The position numbers and the translations under genes were made by a program. A DNA stretch of 64,000 nt, taken from assembly GCF_022045235.1 (NCBI RefSeq), contig NW_027266264.1, forward strand, positions 26,970,001-27,034,000, in the 5' to 3' direction. The DNA comes from Haliotis cracherodii. Lineage: Eukaryota. The notes below the pieces were generated by a model that saw only the letters and a program-made list of their open reading frames with translations, had not been told where the DNA came from and did not search any database. Of the stretch, positions 12,264 to 26,381 are shown piece after piece (the first letter of the stretch is position 1; every line of letters begins with the position of its first letter).

Positions 12264-13159
12264 TAATGGAGTCTGGTTAAGTACAGCACTTGCTGATCAA
12301 CTATCCATATTGTCATGACACAAAGACAAAAAGTCAGGTCTCACATCCATCCAGTTGGCAGTAAAATAGTATTTCTATTCCAACTACTGATTCCTGAAAA
12401 TAATTCTGAGCACAATCAACTGATGGCCCAAAACACAGGAAAACAGAATACTGCAAGCTCCACAGCAAATTACGCTTTATGACAAATTGCACAGGAAGAA
12501 GAAATCATTAGCAGTAGCTGAAGTAATGAACCTACAATTTTCAACAATTGTCACCAATTACTGATGATCAAAGATGATGACAAATAAGTTAAATCCGGTG
12601 TTGGAGTTCTTATATTCAATTATCTCCCACTTGTTGATTACGAGTCTGGCGCCGATCTACCTCAGGAGGAGGGAACAGCCATTATCATCACGCTCTGAAG
12701 CTGTCAATTCAGTCAACCGCATAAAACCAAATCCATAATCGTCATCATATCTCAATTAATTTAATTCAAAATCATTCAAAACATCACAGAGGCCACTTGT
12801 GAATAATGATTGAGTGACAGGAGAATTCAACGACAGGAGGCAAGGAAATATCTAACTCCATCTTAATTACCGGTAACAGCTGCTACAACAGTGGAAAAGA
12901 ACTGCCCTTTTCTCGGATATTCTTAACAAAATGAAAGCCTATGAGGAAATATGCAATTACATTAATTTTGACTTTGAAGTTTCCGATGAAGAGTTTTGCC
13001 CTTGTCAAAAGGAAACTGAAATTTATGCATAACAACACATTGCTGAAGAATACAGAGGAATTGAGTCAGTGGCAGATTCCTCATAATTGTTGGTATCAAG
13101 ACTGATTGAACTTCTCGTCTGTTATTGCATTACCCCACATTTTCATACTGATACATAAG

Positions 13160-14530
13160 GGAGAAGGTGTGGGTGAAGGTGGAGGTGGACGGTGGGGGAA
13201 GGGGTGGGGGACGGTTGGTGGAGGTGGACGGTGGGGGAAGGGGTGGCGAAAAGGTGGAGGAAGGGCGGAGGGGGACGGTTGGTGGAGGTGGACGGTGGGA
13301 GAAGGGGTGGGGAAGGGGTGGAGAAAAGGTGGAGGAAGGGCGGAGGGGGACGGTAGGTGGAGGTGGACGGTGGGGGAAGGGGTGGAGGAAGGGGTGGAGG
13401 AAGGGGTGGGGGAAGGGGTGGAGGAAGGGCGGAGGGGGACGGTAGGTGGAGGTGGACGGTGGGGGAAGGGGTGGAGGAAGGGGTGGAGGAAGGGGTGGGG
13501 GAAGGGGTGGAGGAAGGGGGGAGGGGGACGGTAGGTGGAGGTGGACGGTGGGGGAAGGGGTGGGGGAAGGGGTGGAGGAAGGGCGTAGGGGGACGGTTGT
13601 TGGAGGTGGACGGTGGGGGAAGGGGTGGGGGAAGGGGTTGGAGGAAGGGCGGAGGGGGACGGTTGTTGGAGGTGGACGGTGGGGGAAGGGGTGGGGGAAG
13701 GGGTGGCGGAAGGGCGGAGAGGGACGGTTGGTGGAGGTGGACGGTGGGGGAAGGGGTGGAGGAAGGGCGGAGGGGGACGGTTGGAGGAGGTGGACGGTGG
13801 AGGAAGGGGTGGGGGAAGGGGTGAGGGAAGGGGTGGAGGAAAGGTGGAGGGGGACGGTTGGTGGAGGTGGACGGTGGGGGAAGGGGTGGAGGAGGGGTGG
13901 AGGAAAGGTGGAGGGGGACGGATGGTGGAGGTGGACGGTGGGGGAAGGGGTGGGGGAAGGGGTGGCAGAAAGGTGGAGGAAGGGGGAGGTGGACGGTTGG
14001 TGGAGGTGGACGGTGGGAGAAGGGGTGGGGGAAGGGGTGGAGGAAGGGCGGAGGGGGACGGTTGGTGGAGGTGGACGGTGGGGGAAGGGGTGGAGGAAGG
14101 GCGGAGGGGGACGGTGGGGGAAGGGGTGGGGGAAGGGGTGGAGGAAGGGCGGAGGGGGACGGTGGGGGAAGGGGTGGGGGAAGGGGTGGAGGAAAGGTGG
14201 AGGGGGACGGTTGGTGGAGGTGGACGGTGGGGGAAGGGGTGGAGGAAAGGTGGAGGAAGGGCGGAGGAAGGGCGGAGGTGGACGGTTGGTGGAGGTGGAC
14301 GGTGGGGGAAGGGGTGGGTGAAAGTGTGGGGGATGTGTGGAGAAGGGGTGGAGAAAGGGGTGAGGGGCACGGATGGTGGAGGGGGACAGGGGGTGAAGGT
14401 CTGGGGGAAGGGGTGGAGAAGTGGTGAAGGAAGGGTGGAGGAAGGGTGGAGGAAGGGTGGAGGAAGGGTGGAGGAAGGGGGGAGGGGGACGGTTGGTGAA
14501 TGGGGAAGGGGTGTTTGGTGTCGTGGAGGG
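13160..14530. repeat. G/purine-rich compound satellite (ggtggaggtggacggtgggggaaggggtggaggaagggcggagggggac)
   Basis: About 1.37 kb of GGG/GGGG runs; source of the poly-Pro and Gly/Arg/Trp ORFs. Confidence 0.95.
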
Positions 14531-15006
14531 TAGGATTACAGGCATGGTTATATCTATGTAAGTTGAAGCAAATCAATCAGATGTAACTTCCCTACACAAT
14601 TTTTCACAAACTTGTTCTTCAACTTCCTTGTTAAAAAGGAAAATAGAGTCTATGGCTTATTAGGGTAGTAAATATTGCTGTCATGGAACACACAGTAACC
14701 AAGATTATAAAACTCAACATTTGCTTAGGACCACACCTTTGACTGAAGGTGACTGTTTTGGTTCTTGGCAAATGTTGAGTCGCATATATTGTCAATAACT
14801 GGAGGAGGAAAAGTCCAGACAAACTGATACTTAAACACGTTCCTCCCATACTTTGACAGGGTGATGCAGGTACATTCTACAGAATCAGGTCAAATTGGGC
14901 CAAGTTCATCCAAGATTTAATTCTGAGGACAACAACGGATATCACATTTGAAGTTGAGGTTTCAGTGTGTGATGTTCACTGTAGGTCAACAACGTCAGTT
15001 TCAATG

Positions 15007-15268
15007 GTTGGTTGATATGATGTTTAACGCCACAGTCAGCTATATTCCAGCTATATGATGGCGGTCTGTAAATAATTGAGTCTGGACTAGACAATCAAGT
15101 GATTGATATCATGAGCATCAATCCATGCAATTGGGATACGATTGACATGCATCAAGTCATCGAGCCTGACCACCCGATCCCATTAGTTGCCTCTTACAAC
15201 AAGCATAGTCGCCTTTTACGGCAAGCATGGGTTGCTGAAGACCTATTCTATCCCGGATCTTCATGCGT
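15007..15268 (-). mobile_element. Family B, full length
   Basis: Consensus match; imperfect TSD cagttt(c/t)aatg. Confidence 0.9.
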
Positions 15269-15519
15269 ACAGTTTTAATGTCAGAGCTTTATGATAACAA
15301 TATACATACATTAATAATACAGTGATAGTTTCAAGGAAATATATTCATGTTTGTTAAAAATGATTTGAGAATAGCAACCCTATGTCAAGGCAACATATGG
15401 ACACGTTTATGTTCAGAAAAAGAATATTTGTGCTGCAATTCAATGAGGTGAGAAGACATTGACAATGTGGTGCATGTAAGCAGAAAAAGCCATGGATACA
15501 AGCACCAGGTTGAACATAC

Positions 15520-15639
15520 CTCTAAAACTGTTCCTATTATCTTATCAACAGAGGAAAAGTAGGCCTCCCAAATAAACTGTGTCTGCTGCCTGAGTTTCAT
15601 GATCTCAGGCTCGGTGATGGAGCGCACTATGGACGGCAT
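15520..15639 (-). CDS. EXT1: EXT1 exon: [40 protein letters not shown]
   Basis: 120 nt, TTCCAG acceptor, GTATGT donor, phase 0/0. Lies inside ORF 15385..15660 and carries the [16 protein letters not shown] signature. Confidence 0.97.
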
Positions 15640-15829
15640 CTGGAACAGAAACAAGAACATGGAGACACCATCGTCACCTCTCAGTGAGTGAGTGAGTGAG
15701 TGAGTGAGTGAGTGACATGTGCAGTGTCATATTGCTGGACAACAGCCTGGTCATACCATGGCTAAGGACACTAACAATTGACGTATGTGTTTTGGATCCC
15801 CCATCGAAACAAGTTTTTAATTGTGGCCC

Positions 15830-17145
15830 AGACAAGGCTCCCCATGGAACCTACAGTTCTCTACTGTGCTCTAGACAAGACTCTCCATTGAACCTACAGT
15901 TCTGTACTGAGGCCTAGACAAGGCTCCCTGTGGAACCTACAGTTCTGTATTGTGGCCTAGACAAGGCTCCCCATTGAACCTACAGCTCTGCACTGTGGCC
16001 TAGACAAGGCTCCCCATTGAACCTACAGTTCTGTATTGTGGCCTAGACAAGGCTCCCCATTGAACCTACAGTTCTGCACTGTGGCCTAGACAAGGCTCCC
16101 CATTGAACCTACAGTTCTGCACTGTGGCCTAGACAAGGCTCCCCATTGAACCTACAGTTCTCTACTGTGCTCTAGACAAGACTCTCCATTGAACCTACAG
16201 TTCTGTATTGTGCTCTAGACAAGGCTCCCCATTGAACCTACAGTTCTGTATTGTGGCCTAGACAAGGCTCCCCATTGAACCTACAGTTCTGCACTGAGGC
16301 CTAGACAAGGCTCTCCATTGAACCTACAGTTCTGTACTGAGGCCTAGACAAGGCTCCCCATTGAACCTACAGTTCTGTACTGTGCTCTAGACAAGGCTCC
16401 CCATTGAACCTACAGTTCAGTACTGAGGCCTAGACAAGGCTCCCTGTGGAACCTACAGTTCTGTACTGTGCTCTAGACAAGGCTCCCCATTGAACCTACA
16501 GTTCAGTACTGAGGCCTAGACAAGGCTCCCTGTGGAACCTACAGTTCTGTACTGAGGCCTAGACAAGGCTCCCCATTGAACCTACAGTTCTGTACTGTGC
16601 TCTAGACAAGACTCTCCATTGAACCTACAGTTCTGTACTGAGGCCTAGACAAGGCTCCCTGTGGAACCTACAGTTCTGTACTGAGGCCTAGACAAGACTC
16701 TCCATTGAACCTACAGTTCTGTACTGTGCTCTAGACAAGACTCTCCATTGAACCTACAGTTCTGTACTGTGCTCTAGACAAGACTCTCCATTGAACCTAC
16801 AGTTCTGTACTGAGGCCTAGACAAGACTCTCCATTGAACCTACAGTTCTGTACTGTGGTCAAGACAAGACTCTCCATTGAACCTACAGTTCTGTACTGTG
16901 CTCTAGACAAGACTCTCCATTGAACCTACAGTTCTGTACTGAGGCCTAGACAAGACTCTCCATTGAACCTACAGTTCTCTACTGTGGTCAAGACAAGACT
17001 CTCCATTGAACCTACAGTTCTCTACTGTGGTCAAGACAAGACTCTCCATTGAACCTACAGTTCTGCACTGTGGTCAAGACAAGGCTCTCCATTGAACCTA
17101 CAGTTCTGCACTGTGGTCAAGACAAGGCTTCCCATGGAACCTACG
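15830..17145. repeat. 43 bp minisatellite (ctagacaaggctccccattgaacctacagttctgtactgaggc), about 30 copies
   Basis: Period 43 (acaagg at 15961 and 16004). Confidence 0.96.
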
Positions 17146-18463
17146 TGGTTAGAACTGTATTGTATTTATGACAAGGTTCCCACTTATGTCTGGAACCTAC
17201 ACAGTTCTGTACTGTGTCCGAGACATGTTGAGTTGTCGATGTTCACATATCACGCACTGACTCTTGCTCACTTGCCTCAGGATCAATGCATCACATGATT
17301 AATTACATCAAATGACTGATTTTCTTGAATATAATGATAATACATTAGTTAAATGATTCCCAAAATAAGTATCAAAGCCACAGGAGAGACTTTTGCAAAG
17401 TTCATCTTTCCAAATGAATATAACACGTCATTGGAACCCTCCTTTCCCATCACCAACACAACCAATCAATACACTATTAGGGATCAACAAACACTCGCCA
17501 CCAAATTGAGGTCCAATACTCTTAAAGAAACAATTCATAATACTTCCCGCTGAGAAAAAATTCTAAAGCAATGGCGTCCAAGTGGTCTAACATATCATTG
17601 AGAGCAAACAAAGACAGCCAACATCAAGCAATGGAAGGGTTGTCCTGGAATGGAATTTCTTCATCTCAGAAGTAAATCTTTGGCAAGTAATGCAACACAC
17701 AGAGAGACTGTGCCATGCCTTACAGAAAGAGCCTATTGATTCGTAGGAAGGTGGTCTTCAACCCCTTGTTCCAATTGAGCCATTACGTCTGGGAATCATA
17801 ACAGTCAAATACTTACACCAATAGCTGAATAACGTATATCATTCTATTTCAATCTGAATTGCATTTACACTCTCGAAGTGAAAAGTGAATGAAGTTTGGA
17901 TTTAATTTTGTTGACTAGTAGTCGCTGCGGTCTGGGTTTAAGATGAGTATTTGATGAGCAAAGTTGGCAGAAAGAGTCACAAACTGAATGATAACGTCAG
18001 TCCCGGAGTATACCCACCTCCCTTAATCGATACTGCACTGCAGCTGATGAGCAAATTCACTTCCACATCCATGTAATTATTCATAGTTTGGTAAGTTTTT
18101 TCTAACCTGGTTGAATGAATATTATTGATTTGGAGTGTGTAACGTCTACTATAATGGCAAAAACCGTAAACAGGCGCACAAGGGTCATCGATGGTATGGC
18201 TATTTGGTATTCTCATTACGCTGCGGAATGGTAGCTATCAACTTACATTTGCTTAAAAACGAAAAAGCTTTTTATGAAGGTATATGTGTTTTTTTCAATT
18301 CCAAATTGAGCTCTTCTTAAGACTATACTTCAAGCAATACTTGAGCGCTATAATTAACTATGAATCTTTTAGAAACTCAACTGTATCTTACGTTAAATGG
18401 TCTTAAAAATGATGAAATTGAAGTGCTCATTACAAACTGTTAATAAGACAGTATATATATATA

Positions 18464-19000
18464 CTGTAAACAGCTTTATTTCTGCGCCGTTAAAATATTG
18501 CGAATACCACACCAAAGACAATACTGCGACGAGATATTTTTGCGAGTTGCCGTTTTGAGATGACACCTCGATTACCAAACAATAGACAGCTTCTCTCCGA
18601 AGCTAGTTTATCTGAGTTGGCCGGAAAGTTGACCAGTGTCATGAAACCGATTCACGCAAGATGGCTTGTTTCCTGTGTGGACAAAATTGCAAAGGACACT
18701 GACGCAATCAAGCGAGGTTGGAAGAAGGCAGGATTACTGTGAGGCAACAGTGACACTAATTGGTCTGTTTACACTGTCATTTGTGATGTATTGTGTGACC
18801 ATTCTGCATTCATTTGTGTTTTTAACTTATTGAGTAACTTGTGGTTCTGGTTGATGATTTCAACATTTGATGACGTGTTGCAATGAATAAAATATGTATC
18901 TATTATTTATACTTATTTTTGCGGTTTTAATTTTTGCGATTGAGTCTCGTTCGCAAAACTCACAATAATAAAACGGTCGCAAAACATTCCCTGTTTACAG
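18464..19000 (+). mobile_element. pogo/Tc1-mariner-type non-autonomous DNA transposon retaining a transposase C-terminal fragment
   Basis: TIR CTGTAAACAG/CTGTTTACAG, TA TSD, subterminal TTGCG repeats. Peptide TSVMKPIHARWLVSCVDKIAKDTDAIKRGWKKAGLL* resembles pogo-like DDE_1 C-termini; AATAAA at about 18886. Confidence 0.82.
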
Positions 19001-21959
19001 TATATAAAAATTCTTCTATGCAAAGTCTTACTGTGGTGTGATGGAGTATTTAAGGTAATCATACTGGCATAATGCATTCACAAAACAGACTTTCTTTCCC
19101 CAAACTACAACTTGCTATTTATGAAAACAACAAGAAACAGTATGTAAAAATAAATGGTCTGTCAACTGTTATGAATTTTGAATCACGTACATGTTCAGCT
19201 ACTAAAGCGATCAGTTGGTCTGTGATAGATGTGGCTGACATTGATGGTTACAGCACTATCACGTCCAACATGGCCATATGTGTAACTCCACTCCAGTGAA
19301 GCAACGCTACTTTGATTGCCTGTAGATGAGCAAGTTGAAACACTCACAGCTTTACCACCTTGGCTGCGTGTGTGATTACACGTCTAGAGGCGACAGTTAT
19401 TATCTAGTCGGTGACATTGCGGAAATGGGGACAATATCCACTTCTGGTTGGTCAGGCCATTTGTAATCAATAACCCTTTTGTCTCCACGTGACAACTATG
19501 CCTTCATATTGGCATCGTCTGCACAACATCAATTTACTCTGAAAGGGATATCCAAAAAATAATATGATATCATTTCTAGAGAATATGTCAACCGAATAAT
19601 GATGTCATTTGTCTTCAGACATCATAGGCCTAACGCTGGGATGATTGCTGTCTTCATTTAGCATCAAGGCTTTCCTACTTCAGAAAGACAGTTTTAGAAT
19701 GAAAACAAAATTGTTGCAGGACAAAATGCATGATCGTGAAAGAAATAGGATGTCTTGGAAAAAAGGTCTTTAATCTTTCCAATCTCACTTTCCTTTTATG
19801 TTCTTGACAATATCGCAACTTGGACAGCCATAAACATGCATGGATGACTTTGACTTGATATTCTTAAAGATATGTCAGTCTGACTGTCATATTTGCTGCT
19901 AATTCCACAAGATCTCTAATTATCATTGAGGAGTAAAACATACCAAATATTGATTCTCAAAAACCTCACACCCGCTTCACACGTCATGTCACGACATGTC
20001 CATACATGAAGGTGAGCTACAGAACTTTTCCATGTTAACAGTTTTTCCACTATTTTTCCAAGCTTGTGCAGTTCTCCTAGCATCTTGTTGCAAAATATCC
20101 GTGTTACATGATAGTTCATTCACTATTATCAAACATCAAATATTTACAAGGGAACATCAAACATCAGACGAATATTGACTTTTATCAATTCCCATCCCTT
20201 TTTAATGTACCATATTCATTTTCTAACATTGCCAAATATGCTGCAAACAAGGAGATTGTTCCAATAAATCATCCAAGTGTTCATCCCGACAAAGTTACAT
20301 GACATCGGTGCAGCAATCCCATCAAGCATTCAGCAGTACGTAATGGGTTCCACCATGCGAATATGCCACTTCTTGCCCATTTCATTGTTTCACACTAGAT
20401 TTCGGGGAATCAGTCAGGTGGACATTTTACAAATTGAAACGATTCCGTGGGCTGCTTAATGCCATCTAGTTTACATGAAGCCAAAGTCAACATGAGAATA
20501 ATTACGTTTCAGTCAATCATGACCTTGAAAAATATACACATTCCTCTTTTGAAATTGAGTTCTGACAACTCATGACCAGAACATCTAGAATCTAAGGGAC
20601 ACAACTCTTCCCTACTCTTGTGGTACCACAGACCAGTTGGCCCCCATGAATAACACTTGATCATTGTCATCTCTCTCTCCTTATGATGTCATAATCACAA
20701 TTTTCATTCATATTTGTAATCACAGGGTTCCATTTGGGTTTCATGAAAAGTAATTTCATAAAACTGATAATGTCATAAAACCATCCTGAAAATGTTACAC
20801 CCTTCCATGAATCCTCCATTTCTTGTATGTGAATCTATTTCAAATTTCAAATTTGATGACATGCTGATTATTCAGTCCAAATAATCTGGATTCTGATGTC
20901 ACCAGTTTCAGTCTTGAGTATGGTTGGATAAAAATGGTGAATTCAGCAAAGAGTTCTTCAGAAAATTAATCCAGACAATTGAATCAGATCAAAGGCAATT
21001 ACTTCCACAGAATTGAAATACTTGTCGGCATGAGTCATTGTGACTCTTAACCTGAACTGTCACTGCTGTCATACGGGGTTTTCCTGTGCATGCTCAAGAC
21101 AATATTCCTTTAATTTTCAAGCTTCACGAAACATGATATCTACTGATTACAAAGCTAGCATTATCTAAAAAGACAAAGGCACTATAATCAAAATGAAAAG
21201 GCGGGAGATAAAAAATAACCAAATTAGGAATAAAGCTTAAACAAGTGAGGTAGTTTTCCAATGTAAAGAACAGTAATGTCCGCAAGTGGATTTTCCTTTG
21301 AAATGAATATTGCTCAACATGAACTATGGGAGCATGGGACTTGTAAATAAAGCAGCACATCTACAATGTTAGCGGTAACGAATACCCTAGGGTTTCTGTA
21401 TACACAAACAGCATGAGTCAGACCATTACAACAACAAATCATGACAGCCCTTTAAACCATGGAACCCCTATCAGTTAGACTGTTGTCCAACAATACATGA
21501 TGGTCGCCACTTGACTCGCACCCCAGAGAGTAGTGTCCAATTTAAAGGTGACATCACGCACTCTTCAGAGTCCCCTTTATTGATGGTGGAGGCTTGCAAG
21601 ACTATAGCAAAACTACCAGAATTAATTGATGAGTACAGTTGAAACCCTTATATGGCACTGGCTTATAGGCATTTTGTTTTCATGTATGTGGATTGTGGTT
21701 GGACTATTCGTTCAGATCACGTTGAGTCGTGACTGCAATTTCACATGAACAATTCTTTCTTATCCACTAATGTTCCTACTTCAAATAGTTTTTCTATCAA
21801 AGTTGCACTTTGGCTAAATATCTGTAACAGTAGAGACTCACAAATTAAATTAGCTCAAGAAATATTGCTTCTTTAAATGTTTTTCATAGTATCATAACTA
21901 GAAGTTTTGTTTCTGATTAACCATGCAAGTTTGAATCATCAGATCAGTGTGTGCGTATG

Positions 21960-22155
21960 TGTTTGTTATTTAATGCTGCACTCAACAATATTCCAGCTAT
22001 ATGATAGCAATCTGTAATAACCAAATCTGGACCAGACAATCCAGTGATTGACATTATGAGCAACATAATCCACCATCAGTGTGCACTGACACGTCATCGT
22101 GCCAGACCATCTAAAGCCCCTCTTACGACCAGCATAGGTTGCTGGGGACCAATTC
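21960..22155 (-). mobile_element. Family B, degenerate
   Basis: aatattccagctatatga...tctggaccagacaatccagtgattgac. Confidence 0.8.
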
Positions 22156-23442
22156 CAACATAGAATCACCATGAGTTGCCAACTTTGTAGCCTCTTTATG
22201 ACTAGCAACGTAAAGCTGGGGTCCCATTCTACTAATGATTCCAATAACGGTATAGTGAGGTAGCCATTTATGATCAGAAGTATGTTAATTAGTTAAAATC
22301 ACTCACTCATTCAGAAACCTTGAAGAATGAATAGGCTCTGGACCCTTGGTAGAAAAAAAATGTTTATTCAAAGCATTCAATTCCCAGTTGTTTATCTAAC
22401 TCTTAATTCAATGATGGACATTGAAAGAATCGTTCCTCTTCTGTAGTGGAATCAAGCAAGCTAGACTTGGTTAGTTTGATCTAGACTTGCCTAGGATTTA
22501 GTAATAATAAATACCTAAAAAATATAAATTCCAGTCATGGCACAGGTCTACAGTTTCACATGTGGCATTAGTTACACTGAAGCATCTCATTGAGCACAGT
22601 CTTTCTTCTTTAAAAGTCAGCTTGAAATGACTTATCAAGTTTACAAGATTGAAATAAATTCAAACACATCATAAACAATGACCAGTTCCAGAGAACAGAC
22701 AAATGTAGAAAAAACAAAAAGTTGAAAGTATTTGGATAAGTTTCACTGTCCCCCATTTGCCATGGAGTCAGAAAATGAGATTACCTAGTTGTTGTAGCCT
22801 TTAGGTTGAGGAAGGTGGAGAATGGTTGTTCTGTAGTGTCGGATTTACTTAGACAAATAGCAAACAAAGATGTGCTTCATCCCCCAGGATTAATGAAGGT
22901 GCAACGTCATAGCTATTACTTGATAGGCTTCTTCCAATTATCTCCCTTTTTGTTAATGGCGCCCTCTGTGTTTCAAGGTCCAACATTTTCCCATGGGAGG
23001 ACAGATGCAGCTTTGGCATCTTAACTCAATTATATAGATATTGCTGTTGGACCACTCAGAAAGTTATCACATTTTCTCTTTCTTTTCGTTTCTGTATATA
23101 CTTTATTACCCTCAACCATTTCTCATAACAAATTAACCCTTCTGGTTCTGCCTAATGTCATTACTAGAGTCCACTACAGGTCATCGTGAACAAATCTTTT
23201 TCCTAATATCAAGTGTACCCTCAGAATTCACTGAAAATTCAGTTCTAAATAAAAAAAAATCAACATGTTCTTAAATTAATTTTTTTTCTCAAGTTGGTTT
23301 CTACCAGTGCTGTTTCATCTCAAGACTTTATGTGCGACTTATTGCCAGTGAGGGTAGTGAAAACCATAACATGGAAGCATATGATCGGATGCCTGACAGG
23401 TTTATAGTAGGGGGGACCTCGTGGTGGACCCACATTACTGAA

Positions 23443-23460
23443 GCAGTGCCCCCTAGGGGC
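23443..23460 (-). promoter_or_regulatory. Candidate CTCF site
   Basis: gcagtgccccctaggggc closely matches the CTCF core; motif match only. Confidence 0.3.
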
Positions 23461-23805
23461 AACCACCAGAACAAGGTCCACTGATTGTCACAGAAAGATG
23501 ATTGATAGGGTCTCTAGGTGGAAAACTTGTTGCCATTTTGGGAGTTCTTTTCTATTCCAAGACTTGTTTTTACGGTTAAAATGATTATTGCTTAGATCAG
23601 ATTATACTGGCTATATGAAATGCAATATTCAATACTAAATGGACACAGAACTGGAATAATGGATTTACTAGAAAACTGAAAACCATCAACATAAGAAGCT
23701 CATTTTTCTGAAATATGCAATTTATTCCCTACATAGTTTTCATAAACGTAGAAAATCAATACTGAGAATACAACACTCAGTTCTGTCCCTGTTGTAATTA
23801 GACAA

Positions 23806-24035
23806 GTGAGTGAGCAGCTGTAACTCTAAAACTTAAACAGTCATATCACATGTCTGCTTAATACTAAAGGATAGACTGAGGGGATGCAGATCTTTGGACA
23901 TTTACCATTTTGGTATGGTGCTGACAAACAAGGAATTATCATCTGAGTGAATCTTGGGTTCAAATCTAAAATCACAGGATTCTGGCACACCTAAGGGAAG
24001 CAACTCTGTACAGCAAATAAGATGACTGTGCCCCC
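23806..24035 (-). mobile_element. SINE family C, old degenerate copy
   Basis: ggtatggtgctgacaaac; ttctggcacacctaagggaagcaactctgtacagc. Confidence 0.75.
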
Positions 24036-24909
24036 TTCTATATATTGATCACAAAAAGACACCAGTCGGAACACCATGTGCTTGGTGTTTCAGTTGCAGT
24101 AATTCGTCTAATAGCAGTATATGTTTATACACATGGCAGCTGAATCTCGAGGAGAAACGGAGATTAATGGTTACAGTTATATCATTATCCTTGTGTAGAA
24201 GCTACAGACACACTGACTCAACCCAAGAAGGGTTTATTTAGACTCACAAAGCAACTACTTCTTGTACACCTATTTCTCAGGTTTAAATGATAGAGAGACT
24301 GCTGGACTGACAACTATCAATAGCCATGATCAACCGAGAGAACGTCTGCCATCAGATCAAAGCCACACATCAAATCTTCAAGTACTTCGCATGAAAATGG
24401 AAAAGCTGGCAAAAATCCACGAAAAGCCAGCAAGCCTGATGACAGATTCTGTTTCCTGTTCAATTCTACTGATCACAGCCTATGTAATCGCTGGAGATCA
24501 CACTGCATGCGAAAATACCAATAAAACCAGGCGCCTGCCAGGAGAAATGCTTCAACATCACTTAAAACAATTTCTTGGCAAGCATCACTTCCCAAAATAT
24601 TGGAAGTGGTTCATTTATTGTTAGGTTTTGCATCTCTTCTGACTTTCTTTCCAGAAAACTATTTGAGAATTGAGTAAATGGGATGACTTAAACATCATTC
24701 CAGGAAAACCAATACAAGCAGAGCCATGATTATTTGGTACAATGGGTATGAATTAGACAAATGAATTGCCCAAGACCTTACTCCTGCTGGAATTGGTGGC
24801 TGAAGGTGACAATACCAGTGCTCATACTGTAAAATACACAAACAAACAAACAAACAAACAAACCACACATGTTGTACCTGTAGATTTAAATTTAAATTTA
24901 AATGTATAA

Positions 24910-25690
24910 TTGATACTGCTTCACTACAACTACTTTACCAGCGATACTGCTCTCCTAAAACCTGCTTGAACTGAATAGTGCTTATTCACAAACTTTATAA
25001 TTGATGTAAATTTTACAAATTATTTTATCAGTGACACTACTCACCTAAAACCAGCTTTTTAAGTTATACTGTTTATTCACAAACTTCATAATTGATGTTT
25101 ATCCAACAACTACTTTACCAGCGATACTGCTCAGCTAACACCTGCTTTATAAATGATACTGCTTATGATTCACAAAATTTATAGTTAATGTTTATTCTAC
25201 AAACTACTTTATCAGCGATGCTGCTCACCTAAAACCTGCTTTATAAATGATACTGCTTGTTCACAAACTTAATACTGTATTCGATGTTATAAGCGCCCTG
25301 CTCTAATAAGCGCCCATGGCGATATTTGCTAATATATTGGCTAGTGAACAATCTCAATTAGCACCCCTTCCGATTGATCAATGTACACAAGACTTATTCA
25401 TTTGTGTATAATACGCACTCATGTGTTATATGCACCCTTAATTATGGGCAATTAAATCCTGGAAAAATCAAACCACGAAATTTACGAACTTTTTTCACCA
25501 AAATAATATTCCATAAGAGCCCCCTATTTCTAATTTTGAGAGCGCCCTCAGCGCTTATTACGTCATATACGGTAATTAATGTTTTTCTACAAACTAAAAC
25601 CTAAAACCTGCTTTATAAATGATACCGCTTATTCAGAAACTGCTTAATAATTGATACTGTTCCTCCTGAAGCTGCTTCATAATTGAAACC
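24910..25690. repeat. Old tandem repeat of about 90 bp, interrupted by a MITE
   Basis: Recurring actactttaccagcgatactgctc...cctaaaacctgcttt...ttattcacaaact. Confidence 0.85.
25275..25572. mobile_element. pogo/Tigger-like MITE, copy 1
   Basis: TA|CTGTATTCGATGTTATAAGCGC...GCGCTTATTACGTCATATACGG|TA. Confidence 0.88.
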
Positions 25691-26381
25691 TGACCACAAA
25701 GATGTGTCCCCATCACCCACATCTGTACCCAGCCAGAGACAACAACTCAACTCAAAACAATAACATTCATTCACTTTTCAATAACATATTTGAATGTAAA
25801 GCCAATGACTGACTTACCTCTACAGTGGATTATGTTAAGTCTAGAGGACTAAAGGACTTATAATTATATTTAAAAATTGGAACCCCTCTGTCGTGAAAAA
25901 CATTTTGACACATGTAAAAAGATTTAATGCCCCCGAAGTGACAATTTTTCCAGGCCATTATGAAAGCAAACTTTCATCTGCAAATTTATTCATTTCATAA
26001 AAAAAACGACAGGACAAAACGATATTTCTTTCCATATTCCCTGGGGTAGGGATAATTTTTTTTCTACAGCTGAAGCGCCATCCCTTGCCCTGATGCTACA
26101 CAACTAGAACACACCAGGGGGCTGCACAGTGTCCAATCAATGCCCTTCATATATTGATTCTGTCAGGTGAAGCCGACACACTTACGACCCAATCTTCTAT
26201 AGAAACAGAGTGCAGTGTATTGCAATCAGCAAAAGGAAACTTTACCAATAATATCTCATCAGCATTCATAGTTTATGCTGGAGCCAGCCAAAATGCTCTT
26301 AAACTACAACACAAGTTTGGACACCTCCATTGCAAGTTCACTTCCCTGAATGTCAAAGTGTTCTGCCTGTTCATTTACATA

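Noticed and set aside
13096-14576. 424-477 aa Pro-rich (extensin/formin-like) and Gly/Arg-rich ORFs
   Set aside because: Open in several frames on both strands because the G/C-run satellite lacks stops; intronic, with no domain or splice support.
15830-17145. CRISPR-like appearance of regular repeats (also 43825-44570 and 47221-48105)
   Set aside because: Head-to-tail units with no unique spacers, no cas genes, eukaryotic intron.
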